Positions 63,420 to 64,000 of a DNA stretch of 64,000 nucleotides are shown piece after piece; positions within the stretch are counted from its first letter, which is position 1; each line of letters begins with the position of its first letter. The stretch is from positions 44,330,001 through 44,394,000 of the forward strand of contig OX597824.1 in the NCBI GenBank assembly GCA_951406725.2, given 5' to 3'. The notes below the pieces were generated by a model. It ran no database searches. It saw only the letters and a list, made by a program, of their open reading frames with translations, and was not told where the DNA came from. Position numbers and translations under genes: made by a program. Origin of the DNA: Octopus vulgaris (lineage: Eukaryota).

Positions 63420-63797
63420 GCAGGCATTGCTTCCCAATCACAGTGTTCTGGGTCCAGTCCCACTGCATGACACTTTGGGGAAGTGCCTTCTACTATATCC
63501 TTGAGCCAACCAAAGCCTTGTGAATGGATTTAGTAGATGGAAATTGAACAAAGCCCATCATATCTCTGTGTGTGTGCATGCACGTTTGTGTTTGTCCCCC
63601 ACCACTACTTGACAACCAGTGTTGGTATGTTTATGTCCCTGTAACTTAGTGGTTCAGCAAAAGTGACCAATAGAGTAAGTACCTGGTTTTAAAAAAAAAC
63701 ATAAGTACTGTGGTCAATTCATTTGACTAAAAATTCTTCAAAGCAGTGCCCCAGCATGGCCACAGTCTAATGACTGAAAAGTAAATGATAAAAGATT
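63420..63797 (+). mobile_element. SINE family B
   Basis: cagtcccactgcatgacactttggggaagtg...aatgactgaaaagtaaatgataaaagat. Confidence 0.75.
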
Positions 63798-64000
63798 ATG
63801 ATTATGATGTTTATTAATTTTGTTATGTATTAATGAAAACTACCTTATTTTAATGTGTATAAGGAACCCTTTTTTGTCAAAAATTAGGTTAAAAAAATAT
63901 GGGAGTTTCTTATACATGGATAGTATTATAATCCCTTACAAAACCTTTTTTCCAAAATTAGGGGGTTCCTTATACATGAAGATTCCTTAAACATGTTAAA

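Noticed and set aside
63238-64000. Possible pogo/Tigger-like MITE ends
   Set aside because: TIR pair not verifiable, and the window ends here.

Overview
This is AT-rich, repeat-saturated eukaryotic DNA, not prokaryotic. The SINE/RTE repertoire and microsatellite load suggest an octopus (cephalopod) genome, which is an inference. The only host gene I recognise is the 3' part of an XRCC3-like RAD51 paralog on the minus strand (exons 61853-61641 and 53637-53380). Its 8-kb intron holds a deleted Gypsy LTR element, a HERO-like retroelement fragment and MITEs. The rest is mostly transposon debris: two tandem 5'-truncated RTE LINEs (PHD-like finger after the RT; one has a ~2.4-kb tandemly amplified 3'UTR), Dong/R4-like fragments in (TAA)n, mariner, maT(DD37D), piggyBac and hAT relics, and three tRNA-like SINE families. 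The most striking unexplained signal is a population of about a dozen short non-coding elements, often palindromic and embedded in (TA)n. They carry type-I hammerhead ribozyme motifs (stemI-CTGANGA-stemII-GAAA-palindromic stemIII-UH-stemI'), with stem II ranging from ~11 to ~110 nt, and resemble non-autonomous Penelope/retrozyme-type retroelements. A Penelope GIY-YIG relic nearby has its GIY and YIG motifs split by ~130 codons. All calls were made by eye, and repeat boundaries are approximate.
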